NCBI GenBank assembly: GCA_963737905.1
Contig: CAVTUQ010000026.1
Location: 192,001 to 256,000, forward strand
From: an uncultured delta proteobacterium
GTDB lineage: Bacteria; Desulfobacterota; Binatia; UBA9968
DNA length: 64,000 bases
Direction: 5' to 3'
The position numbers and the translations under genes were made by a program. Position 1 is the stretch's first letter, and the number at the start of each line of letters is the position of its first letter. Of this stretch, positions 16,896-26,311 are shown in pieces. The notes beneath the pieces are model-generated. The model searched no databases and had not been told where the DNA came from. It saw nothing but the letters and a program-made list of their open reading frames with translations.

Positions 16896-18410
16896 CACGT
16901 GAGCCGCTTTTTGTTTGTTTCCGCCAGAATTTCGCAGTTCCTCCTCGATAAGCCGGCGCTCTAACTGCTCGACCGCGTCCGGTAGGGATCGAGACGTCGG
17001 CGACTTCGGCGCCGGTTCCTCTCTGGGCCGGGAGCTTTGAATGGCCGCGCTCGGATTTCGAATAGAACCGTCCAAATAAGCTTCAGTTATCGATTTCTCT
17101 CGTACTGAGGCGACGAGGCGTTTTACTTCGTTTTCTAGCTGGCGCGAGTTGCCGGGCCATGAGTACTTCGACAGCGCTTCTAAGGTCCCCGGGGTAAATT
17201 GTTTTGGATCCGCGTTCATCATCTTGCAATACTTAGTCAGAAAGTGGTTGGCCAATACCGGGATATCCTCCGAAACATCGCGAAGCGAGGGCGTGTGGAT
17301 GTGAATTACCTTCAGGCGGTAGTAGAGATCTTCGCGAAACGTCCGCTCGGTGATGGCGGCTTCCAGGTTCTTATTCGTGGCGGCGATAACACGCAGATCG
17401 ATGGGCACCGCGCTCCTGCCGCCGACTCGGTCCACCGAACGCTCCTGAAGAACCCGAAGAATCTTCGCCTGGGCCGACAGGCTCAAATCGCCGATCTCGT
17501 CCAGAAACAGCGTTCCGCCATTGGCTTCCTCGAATTTGCCGATGCGGCGGTCGACGCCGGTGGCGACACCTTTTTCGATCCCGAACAGCTCCGCTTCCAC
17601 GAGATTGTCCGGCAGCGCCGCGCAGTTCACGGCGACGAAGGAGTGCTTCGCGCGGGGGCTGTTGTGATGTAAGGCTTTCGCTACCAATTCTTTTCCGGTG
17701 CCGCTCTCGCCCTCGATCAAGACGTCCACCGAGCAATCACGAATCTGGTCGATCAGGCGAATGATCGATTGAATCCTGTAACTCATGCCGAAGATGTTCT
17801 GCGTGGAGAAGCCCCCGCCAACGTCCGCACGGCGGTCGGTTTCTTTCTGCGACGGGTATTCCTGTAGCTGTCTCTCGAGCTGAGTGGTTTCGATCGTATC
17901 GGAGACGTGGGCCGCCAAAGTCTGCAACAGCTCGGCATCCTCATCTGTGAACAGACCTTCGCTTTTGTTGATCGCTTCGCCGACACCGATAATCTCGCCC
18001 TTGAGATCTCTGAGAGGCACCGCCAGCAAAGTTCGAGTTCGATATCCCGTCTGTAAGTCGAGCTCCTTGTAAAACAGCGGATGGTCGTAGGCATCCGCCA
18101 CGTTGATCGTCTGACCCGTCATGGCGACGCTACCGGCGATGCCCAGCCGCGCGTCGAGGCGCATGATCTTTTTCTCCTGCGAAATCACCGACCACAGCTC
18201 GCACTTCTCACGATCCAGCAAGAAGATGCTCACCCGATCCGCTTTGAGCAGCGCCTTGGTCTCAATCGTAATCAACTCCAAAAGAGAAATGACATCCCCT
18301 ACGGAGGTCATCCGTTTGCAGACGTTGAGGATCGCACGCAGTCTATCCCCGTGTTGGCCTTCACTCTGGGAAGACGGGATCTCGAGAGTAGGCGTTTGGC
18401 TCTGGTTCAT
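16827..18410 (-). CDS. GAF-domain sigma54-dependent transcriptional activator (GAF-AAA+-Fis HTH)
   Basis: GAF with NKxxG-F---D motif; GESGTGKE; ELFGIEKGVATGV; LFLDEIG; FREDLYYRL; WPGN; C-terminal HTH; GGAGGAG SD. Confidence 0.95.
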   Translation of the reverse strand: MNQSQTPTLEIPSSQSEGQHGDRLRAILNVCKRMTSVGDVISLLELITIETKALLKADRVSIFLLDREKCELWSVISQEKKIMRLDARLGIAGSVAMTGQTINVADAYDHPLFYKELDLQTGYRTRTLLAVPLRDLKGEIIGVGEAINKSEGLFTDEDAELLQTLAAHVSDTIETTQLERQLQEYPSQKETDRRADVGGGFSTQNIFGMSYRIQSIIRLIDQIRDCSVDVLIEGESGTGKELVAKALHHNSPRAKHSFVAVNCAALPDNLVEAELFGIEKGVATGVDRRIGKFEEANGGTLFLDEIGDLSLSAQAKILRVLQERSVDRVGGRSAVPIDLRVIAATNKNLEAAITERTFREDLYYRLKVIHIHTPSLRDVSEDIPVLANHFLTKYCKMMNADPKQFTPGTLEALSKYSWPGNSRQLENEVKRLVASVREKSITEAYLDGSIRNPSAAIQSSRPREEPAPKSPTSRSLPDAVEQLERRLIEEELRNSGGNKQKAAHVLGLSRQGLIKKLKRLGIGERAD

Positions 18411-18543
18411 TGGCTCCTCCCTAGCATATCGACGAAAACACTGTCAACGAAGGCGACACACACCAACAACGACGTTGACGTTCCGCATCCTCTGCGTTCA
18501 TGAATCTCTCACGAAGACCAAGAGATTTGCGGGAAATCAATCT

Positions 18544-18559
18544 TGGCATGAGGGCTGCA
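18544..18559 (+). promoter_or_regulatory. Sigma54 -24/-12 promoter
   Basis: TGGCAT-GAGGG-CTGCA, GG-N10-GC, same position relative to the paralogous gene as 16140. Confidence 0.72.
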
Positions 18560-18608
18560 CTCGTAATGAGCAGGAAGTGAAAATTGAGAAAGAAAGGAGG
18601 TGAGTCAG

Positions 18609-18933
18609 ATGAAAAAGAGCGTATCACTTCTATGTAATCTGCTCTTGTCCGCGACACTGTTTTGGAGCGTGCCCTCGGTCGGGGCAAGAGATGATCGACC
18701 TTATTCCCAGCGACACCACCGCTTATTGTCAGATGCAGTTCCCCCTGATGGTCGAAGACAGTTTGTCGTGGGAGCAACCCATCCTGGATTCGTTGACAGG
18801 CAGTGTCGTCGATTTTAATGGGCCCTGTGATTATGACGCGGCGGGGTCCGATGAGATCCGCACCCAGAAGCGTGTGATCCTTCGGGGCGATTTTGATGAT
18901 GGAGATTCAATGACGAGCAGGACCCACCAGTAA
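18609..18933 (+). pseudogene. Paralog of the 16205 secreted protein, frameshifted near 18688
   Basis: Signal peptide MKKSVSLLCNLLLSATLFWSVP in one frame; YCQMQFP...VDFNGPCDYD in another. Confidence 0.85.
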
Positions 18934-19063
18934 GTTGGGGGAAGGCCTCGTTCCTTCTCCTAAGCTCAACCGGTGCCCTGAATCGAGAATTGCGAATCCG
19001 TTTTAACAAACGTGCCAGCGCGCAGACCGTGGGAGAAAAATGATTATTTTCTCAGGTGAAGCA

Positions 19064-19258
19064 ATGGAAAGGCAGAACGAAGTGTTGCCGATCTCAAGTC
19101 CGAGCGAAAACAGTCTGGGTTCGGTGGAGCCTTCGCGAGCCCATGAGAGGCATCGTAACACTCGCACGATCAATCTGTTGCTTGGCCCGCTGACAGCTCT
19201 GCTGGTATGGTTTTTGGTGGGTGGCTGGCTTTATTTCTTTTTCTTGGCCGCGCGATGA
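19064..19258 (+). CDS. Small membrane hypothetical protein
   Basis: AGGTG SD; one C-terminal hydrophobic helix; abuts the IS110 end. Confidence 0.4.
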   Translation: MERQNEVLPISSPSENSLGSVEPSRAHERHRNTRTINLLLGPLTALLVWFLVGGWLYFFFLAAR

Positions 19259-19269
19259 GTTGTTATTTG

Positions 19270-20790
19270 TGGCTCGGCGTCCGGTTGGCTCGTTAAAATT
19301 CGACATTTTGTTCAAAGTTTTGGAGTCTGCGGACAAGGTAACGAATACGTTGTTGAGGATTGAGTTTATCAAAGTAGTCAACCCAAGATCTTTGTAGGGC
19401 CTGTTATCGCGGAGCAAGAAATAGACAGTCACGAGCAGGCTGTGCTAGACGGCGCCGATGGCGCGTTTTTTCCACGCCGGCCGCCAGACGATGGTACTGG
19501 GATTTGAAATAGCTGTTCTTGGTAACTAGCGCGAGCGCCATCTCGGTCAGCACCGCGACGAGGTGACGGTTGGCAGCGAGGGTTTTACAGCTGCGACGTT
19601 TGAAGGCACTTTCATGGTTACAAGGACAGCGGCTAGCCAAAGAGGCAAAGTGCTTGTGGCTAGGGAATCGACTCATGTCAGTACCGGTTTCCGCTAACAG
19701 AGCTCTAGCCCTACGCTCGCCCACCCCCGCCATCGCATCGAGCTGCTCTACGGCGGCACGAAACGAGGGGGGCGATACCGCCCCCAGCCGCTCGCTCACG
19801 CTGGCGATCTCCTTTTCGAGAAAGTCGTACTGCCCCAGCAACTGCCGCAACAAAAAGCGGTGATGCTCAGTCAGCTCTCCTTCCAAAGCGCGCTGCAACT
19901 CGGGAATCTTGCGCGAAGCTGGCGCTGGGCCAGATCCGCCAGTACGGTGACGTCCTTCTCCCCCGCAATCAGCGCTTCAATCATCTTGCGTCCCGACACC
20001 CCCAACACATCACTGGCCACCGAGCCCAGCTTGATGTTAGCGGTCTCCACACCTTCTGAATGCGGTTGTCCACCGCATTTCGCTGCTGCACCAGCTTGGT
20101 TTGTTGGCGTCAGATCCCGAAGCTCGCGCTGCTGGCGGTCAGGGACAAAACTCGGCCTCAACAGCCCACACTGCAAGAGCTGGGCTATCCACTCCGCGTC
20201 CTTCATGTCGGTCTTTCTCCCAGGCACCTTCTTGATGTGCTGGGCGTTGACCACCCACACTTTAAAATGGCCTTCGAGCAGGTTGAACACCGGCTGCCAG
20301 TACACCCCCGTCGACTCCATCGCCACATGCGTCACTTTCAGCTCCGCCAGCCACTGGCGCAGCTCCAAAAGATCCGCCGTCATCGTGCCGAACTTGCGCA
20401 GCGTGCTCTGCACCGTGCCATCCTTCGAATCCAGGATGCGCACGCACGCCACCACCAGTTTCTTGTGCACGTCCAATCCACACACACGCGCAAACAGCGC
20501 CTGCAGCCCCGCAAGGCTACTCTTCTTCTTGCTCATAGACGCTCCCCCTTTCTTTCGGTGCGCCCAGGGGACATCTGGCTTATCCGATTCTCCTTCGCGT
20601 GCTCTCGTCGGCAGACAACGAGGCGACATCTGAGGCGCCGAAGGATGTCCCGGATCACACTTCGTGTCGGGCTCTCTCGCTCCAGTCACTTAACGATCTC
20701 TTCGCTGGGGGCACCGCTCTCTTATCACCTCAACTCTCCCCTATTTTCATCTTCTGTGGGCGAGCGTAAGATCATGAATCACTTCGTGGT
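19270..20790 (-). mobile_element. IS110-family element, degraded; ends approximate
   Basis: Transposase fragments in three frames plus about 250 nt of non-coding leader upstream; no terminal inverted repeats seen. Confidence 0.88.
19280..20536 (-). pseudogene. IS110-family transposase, multiple frameshifts and substitutions
   Basis: CGLDVHK, MESTGVYW, PGRKTDMKDA, CPxNHESA; ATG at 20536 with GGGGAG SD. Confidence 0.92.
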
Positions 20791-20879
20791 GCAATCTCCG
20801 AGTCCTACCTTACAGGAATGCTTGAAGCCTCTTTTTGTAGGGAGGGCTCTCCGACGACTTGACTAGCTGCCAGACGCCC

Positions 20880-22489
20880 CTTTCTGCCAATATGAATGAG
20901 ACACTTACCCGCCAATAGTTTAGTGTAGAGGGCGAGTAAGGAAAAGAAGGTGGAAACAGGAAGTAACGGTGTGAAATCTTTAACGGAGGTGGAAGTGGTG
21001 GCGAAGGCGGAGCGGCGGCGGTTTACCGGGGAATACAAAGCGAAGGTTTTGCGAGAGGCGGATAGTTGCAAGCAGCCAGGAGAGATCGGGGCGCTTTTGC
21101 GCCGGGAGGGTTTGTACTGGTCGAATTTGACCACTTGGCGCAAGCAACGGGAGACCGGAGAGCTGGCGGGGCTAAAGGGGAAGCATCGCGGGCCGCAGCG
21201 GCGGGAGAAAAACCCGTTAGCCGAGAGGGTGCGGGAGTTGGAGCGGGACAATGCGCGGCTTAAGCGGAGGGCGGAGCGGGCCGAAGGGATAGTGGAGCTG
21301 CAAAAAAAAGTCTCGGAGATTTTGGGGATCGAACTGACAAAAGAGCGCCGAGACAGACTGATGGGGGTGGTCGGAGAAAACAAGGCAACGTATACGGTGG
21401 AATCGATCTGCGCGGGGCTGGGAATCGGGCGGGCCAGCTACTACCGATTGCAACGACCGAGCGCAGGGGCTGTAACCGAACGGATTCATCCTCGGGCCTT
21501 ATCGGTAAGCGAGCGACAGCCGTGCTGGGGGTGGTTAACAGCGAGCGGTTTTGCGACCAAGCGCCTGGGGGAATCTATGCCACGCTTTTAGATGAGGGAA
21601 GCTATCTGTGCTCGGAGCGCACGATGTACCGGATCTTGGCAAGCAACCCGCAAGTCAGAGAAAGAAGAGATCAGATCAGACATCCCCGTTATCAAGCCCC
21701 TGAGCTCATCGCTACTCGGCAAAACGAGGTGTGGTCGTGGGATATTACCAAGCTGTTGGGGCCGACGAAGTGGACGTATTTTTACCTCTACGTGATCCTG
21801 GATATTTTTAGCCGCTATGTGGTGGGCTGGATGCTGGCGTACCGGGAATCGGCCGAGTTCGCCAAGAAACTCATCGAGCAAACCGTGGAGCGGCACAACA
21901 TCGAGCCGGGGTGGCTCACGGTGCTGCGGATCGGGGGGCGCCGATGACATCCAAGGCGGTGGCATTCTTGTTGGCGGGGCTGGGAGTGACCAAGACCCAC
22001 AGCCGCGCGTATGTCTCCAATGACAATCCGTATTCGGAGAGCCAATTCAAGACCATGAAGTATCGCCCCGAGTTTCCCGAGCGCTTTGGTTGTTACCAAG
22101 ATGCGCACCGATTCTTGACCGAGTTTTTCCCCTGGTACAACCACGAGCATCATCACTCGGGCTTGGGATACTTAACGCCGTACGAGGTTCACTATGGGCT
22201 GGCGGCAAACCGACGCGAACAGAGAGCCGGAGTACTCAAGCAAGCCTATGAGAAAAATCCCCAGCGTTTTGTGCGTGGCTTGCCAAGCCCCGCTCTGTTA
22301 CCGACTGCCGCATGGATCAACAAACCCAAAGAAATCTCTCGGACGGAGAGCCCAGAGCTTATGAATTCATCGATGACGGGCATCGAGCAGAAAAACGGCT
22401 TCCATAATTGCGCTATAAGGGGCGTCGAATCCATGAGCGGCCCGGAATGCCCTGTCTACAAAAGTTCACACCCGGGTGTAATTTTGTAG
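20880..22489 (+). mobile_element. IS3-family element (orfA/orfB), frameshifted; right end not recognisable
   Basis: orfA RRRFTGEYK...ALLRREGLY; A8G run at 21302; integrase core motifs. Confidence 0.88.
20950..22489 (+). pseudogene. IS3-family transposase OrfA+OrfB split over three ORFs
   Basis: WSWDITKL, ILDIFSRYVVGW, (H)ADRG, NDNPYSESQFKT; apparent single-base deletions near 21520 and 21924. Confidence 0.88.
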
Positions 22490-22492
22490 ACA
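22453..22492. promoter_or_regulatory. 40-bp imperfect palindrome, candidate enhancer (UAS) for a sigma54 activator
   Basis: TGTCTACAAAA ... TTTTGTAGACA perfect 11-bp arms with central ACACCCGGGTGT; about 85 bp upstream of a -24/-12 site. Confidence 0.6.
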
Positions 22493-22575
22493 CCCACCCT
22501 CGCGGTCCAGCGCTTCCGGCAAGAATTCTTGTTTAAGATTGGCCGTTCATCGCGGACAGTCTCCGCATTCGGTGT

Positions 22576-22591
22576 TGGCGCAAAGCTTGCT
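22576..22591 (+). promoter_or_regulatory. Sigma54 -24/-12 promoter
   Basis: TGGCGC-AAAGC-TTGCT. Confidence 0.82.
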
Positions 22592-22745
22592 GTTTAAATT
22601 TCACTGGGATAAGGGTCGCTCAGTATTGTCCTAGCATGAGTTCCTTCGCGGCTACGTCGTGGTCCTAGATGGCCTTGGCAAATTGGGGGCAAAACAGCAG
22701 ATCATCGTTCAATATTAGTCCTGGCTGGCGTGAGGTGGTGGAGAG

Positions 22746-23993
22746 ATGAAACTCAAAAAAAGTCATGGGTCGCTGGTCTTGCCGCTCTTGTTAACGTTCG
22801 GGTTTCTGCACGATCCATTTCTCGGGTTTGCTCGCGGGGTCTGGGCTGCCGAAGTGGACCTTCGGCCCGGTGATACAATCGGGCCCCATAACTGGCAAAA
22901 AATTCAGGGAATGGTTGGCGAAAACCTCTTGAATCGGGTTAAGCAAGGCTACACCTTCAAGATCAAGGAACCGAGGACGATCGAACCGCTCAGGGAATAC
23001 GACGAAGCCACGGAGAAATATTCCAGCAAAGTGAGACTTGGATCCAACGGCGAGCTTCTGAACTATGTTGCCGGTCGACCGTTTCCCGACTTCGATCGTA
23101 ATGATCCCCAAGCCGGACAAAAGGTCGCATGGAACTTCTACTGGCGCTGGGTGGGGGATGATTACAAGAATGCGGGCGCTCTTAAAGGGGGAAGGATCAT
23201 TCGCTATTTTCTCGACCGGGATGGCTCTGAGCGCCGCGGTGACGTGATCAACATTTCAATACGGACTCGCAATCGAGTCACGGTCGATCCGAAGCCCGTC
23301 ATTCCGGGATACGAACACATCGACTGGATGCAGATTATCGCCGATGAGTATCCGCGAGACTCTTCCGGCACAACGGTCCTTGAGATGCGGTACGCCAGTC
23401 CTCAGACCGAAGATGACTTCTACGTTTATGTTCCCAGCCTGCGCCGCATTCGCCGCGTTCCGCCGATCCAAAGATGCGCGACGATTGCGCCCAGCGAGTT
23501 TAACTATGATGACGTCAATAGTTTCAACGGCAAAATCACCGACTTTAAATACAGGCTGCTCGGCGAAAAGAAGATGCTGGGCAACTTTTCTCAGGGGAGT
23601 GTCCCGTTTCACCGCAAGACGGGAGATTATCTACCACTCGATGAAGAGTGGGGGATCCATGATACGTACGTACTAGAGATCACGCCTAAAAATCCGGAGT
23701 ACTGTTATCCGAGAAAAGTCCTGTATCTCGATAAAATCCATTTTGAGACACTTTGGGCGATGATATGGGATCGGCAGGGGCGATACTGGAAAGAACAATT
23801 TGCTTTCCGCTACCCCTTCGATTTATCTGACCGGCGACGCATCTATTCGGTAGGGACGGTTGTGATTGTCAACGTGCAGAACGGCCGCTCCACGCTGGTG
23901 ACGGTAGGTAGAAATTATAACTACGGTTACCGTCCCTCCTTTTTTACACTTGCGACGCTGCAAACGGTTATGCGGGGCGGAGCGATCCGGTGA
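22746..23993 (+). CDS. DUF1329-like exported protein
   Basis: Signal peptide; AGRPFP, KVAWN, YVYVPSLRRIRR, IWDRQGRYWK motifs. Confidence 0.88.
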   Translation: MKLKKSHGSLVLPLLLTFGFLHDPFLGFARGVWAAEVDLRPGDTIGPHNWQKIQGMVGENLLNRVKQGYTFKIKEPRTIEPLREYDEATEKYSSKVRLGSNGELLNYVAGRPFPDFDRNDPQAGQKVAWNFYWRWVGDDYKNAGALKGGRIIRYFLDRDGSERRGDVINISIRTRNRVTVDPKPVIPGYEHIDWMQIIADEYPRDSSGTTVLEMRYASPQTEDDFYVYVPSLRRIRRVPPIQRCATIAPSEFNYDDVNSFNGKITDFKYRLLGEKKMLGNFSQGSVPFHRKTGDYLPLDEEWGIHDTYVLEITPKNPEYCYPRKVLYLDKIHFETLWAMIWDRQGRYWKEQFAFRYPFDLSDRRRIYSVGTVVIVNVQNGRSTLVTVGRNYNYGYRPSFFTLATLQTVMRGGAIR

Positions 23994-25222
23994 CGCGATC
24001 CGATATGTTGAAATCCTTTTTCTGCATTCCGGCGGCCATCTTTTTTCTCCTGCTTAGCTTTTCACGGGCGATGGCCAATGACGTCGAGCTTAAGCCGGGT
24101 GATACCATTGGCCCGCAGAACTGGTGGAAGGCTCAGGGGATGGTGGGTGAAAACCTCCTCAATCGCATCAAGCAGGGCTATACCCTTCAAATCAAGCAAG
24201 GCCGCTCCATGGGAGCTCCGAAAGAGTACAAAGTGGCGACTGGCCGATACTCCAGTGAGGCTCGGCTGGGATCGAGCGGCGAACTTCTTCATTACGTCGC
24301 AGGGCTTCCTTTTCCCGACGTGCAGCTCAGCGATCCGCAGGTTGGTTTAAAGATGGCGTGGAATTTCTATTGGCGCTGGATTGGGGACGACTTTAAGACC
24401 GGAGGAGGCACGGGTGAAGGCAAGATCGTTCGTTATGCCATCGAAAAAGACGGATCGGAACGCCGTGGAGATGTCGTCCTTCATACGATCAAGACTCGCG
24501 GGCGAGTTACCCTCGATTCGAAACCCAGCATCGACGGATATGAGCACATCGATTGGATGCAGCTTCGCGCCGACGAATATCCCCGGGACACCGCAGGGAC
24601 CACGACCTTAGAGATACGCTACGCAGATCCTAAAAGGGAGGATGACCTTTACATCTATGTTCCCAGTATACGCCGAGTCCGCCGCGCCCCGCCGATTCAA
24701 AGATGCGCGACCATAGCGCCGACTGAATTTAATTTCGATGACATTAATAGCTTTGGCGGTAAAATCACCGATTTTAACTATCGTTTCATGGGAAAATTTA
24801 AGATGTTGGGAAATCTCGCTCAAGAACAGATCCCGTTCTACCGTCAGAGTGGTGACTATTTGCCGTTGAAAGAGCGTTGGGAGATCGTCGAAGCGTACGG
24901 TCTTGAAATCACGCCAAAGGACCCGAATTACTGCTACCCGCGTAAGGTTATCTATTTTGACACACAAACTTTCGAAACCTTTTGGACCATGATTTGGGAC
25001 GCCAGCGGAAACTATTGGAAAGAACAGTTTAGTCTCCGCAGTCCCGTAAAACTTCCCGATGGCCAGGTGACTCTCTCTGTGGGAACGGTAGTCATCGTCA
25101 ATATTCAAAACGGCCGAAGCACGCTGGTCGACGCTGTCAGAAGTTACAACCAGGGCTACCAACCCAGCCTCTTTACCCTTGCGACACTGCAAACGATGAT
25201 GCGGGGTGGGGCTATCCGATAA
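23990..25222 (+). CDS. DUF1329-like exported protein, tandem paralog
   Basis: GTGA overlap; AGLPFP, YIYVPSIRRVRR; C-terminus FTLATLQTxMRGGAIR shared with the upstream gene. Confidence 0.88.
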   Translation: MTRSDMLKSFFCIPAAIFFLLLSFSRAMANDVELKPGDTIGPQNWWKAQGMVGENLLNRIKQGYTLQIKQGRSMGAPKEYKVATGRYSSEARLGSSGELLHYVAGLPFPDVQLSDPQVGLKMAWNFYWRWIGDDFKTGGGTGEGKIVRYAIEKDGSERRGDVVLHTIKTRGRVTLDSKPSIDGYEHIDWMQLRADEYPRDTAGTTTLEIRYADPKREDDLYIYVPSIRRVRRAPPIQRCATIAPTEFNFDDINSFGGKITDFNYRFMGKFKMLGNLAQEQIPFYRQSGDYLPLKERWEIVEAYGLEITPKDPNYCYPRKVIYFDTQTFETFWTMIWDASGNYWKEQFSLRSPVKLPDGQVTLSVGTVVIVNIQNGRSTLVDAVRSYNQGYQPSLFTLATLQTMMRGGAIR

Positions 25223-25261
25223 GCGCACCGTCATGGGGAGGATGAATCCAAGTGTTTTAGA

Positions 25262-26275
25262 ATGGGTTACGCGCTCATGATGACAAAGACATTTCGCCGC
25301 ATGCTGTTCCTCACCCTAGCGGCGCTCGCCGGACTGGGAATAGGTCCGAGCCAGCCCCCTGGTAGCCGTTACATAGTGATCGTGATGGAAGGACGCAACG
25401 TTCGACTGCAGCCGCAAATGAATGGGCTGCGTGATGGGTTGGAGGAACTCAAGTACATTGACGGCCAAAATCTAAATCTGCGACAGGTCGACGGCGAGAC
25501 TCAAGAGGAATTGCGCGCTAATTTAAAGTCACTCCTTCAAATACGCCGGTTCGACGTAATCGTGGCGCTCGGGACCACGGAGACCCACGTCGCCAGAGAG
25601 GTCGCTCCAAACATTCCGACGGTCTTCCTGCCTGCGGCGGACCCGGTCAAATCGGGTTTTGTTCACTCCCTGGCAAGTCCGGGAACGAACCTTACCGGCC
25701 TAACGTTTTTTACCGACGGAGAAAATTTGGGCAAACAGCTAGAGGTTTTTAAGCAGGTAGTCCCTTCTCTCAATAGGGTCGGAATACTCTTTGACGGGCG
25801 TTTAAAATCTGCTGGCTTTGGCGAAAGCTGGAAAAGACTCACTGTCGTTGCGTCATGGCTGGGCATCCATATGACCGAGATCCCCGTGACGTCCGGTGCT
25901 GAGGCATCTCGTAAGGTAGCCTCTCTTTCCAACTCGGGAGGCAGCGAGGGGGTATTTGTCTTTTGTTCCGGCTTGTTTAAAGACGTGGAGGGTTTGGCCG
26001 CGGCCGCGACAAAAAGAAAACTGCCGTTATTTGGCTGCAATGCCTTTCAGGTAGCCGAGCAGAACGTTTTGTTAAGCTACGCTCCGGATTTGTACTCTTT
26101 GGGGTATCGGGGGGCGTGGTTCGTAGATCGGATCTTTAAAGGGGCAAAGCCACAGGATCTAGCCGTGGAAACGCCGCGAAAGTTCGAGCTGGTGATCAAC
26201 AGCAAGACTGCGGGCGAAATAGGGGTCAGGATTCCTCCGGAAATGTTGATGCTGGCGGATAGAGTCTTTAGATAA
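25262..26275 (+). CDS. ABC-type substrate-binding protein (ABC_sub_bind family), no permease adjacent
   Basis: DPVKSGFVHSLASPGTNLTG, GAKPQDLAVETPRKFELVIN, ADRVF. Confidence 0.92.
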   Translation: MGYALMMTKTFRRMLFLTLAALAGLGIGPSQPPGSRYIVIVMEGRNVRLQPQMNGLRDGLEELKYIDGQNLNLRQVDGETQEELRANLKSLLQIRRFDVIVALGTTETHVAREVAPNIPTVFLPAADPVKSGFVHSLASPGTNLTGLTFFTDGENLGKQLEVFKQVVPSLNRVGILFDGRLKSAGFGESWKRLTVVASWLGIHMTEIPVTSGAEASRKVASLSNSGGSEGVFVFCSGLFKDVEGLAAAATKRKLPLFGCNAFQVAEQNVLLSYAPDLYSLGYRGAWFVDRIFKGAKPQDLAVETPRKFELVINSKTAGEIGVRIPPEMLMLADRVFR

Positions 26276-26311
26276 CAGCCGACAACGGATCCACGTAAAA
26301 ACAACACTTAC

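Noticed and set aside
20537-20689. N-terminal extension of the IS110 ORF to 20689
   Set aside because: Low-complexity translation; the SD and family homology start at ATG 20536.
22453-22492. Palindrome as the right terminal inverted repeat of the IS3 element
   Set aside because: It is self-complementary rather than matching the left end near 20885, and its position fits an enhancer for the 22576 promoter.
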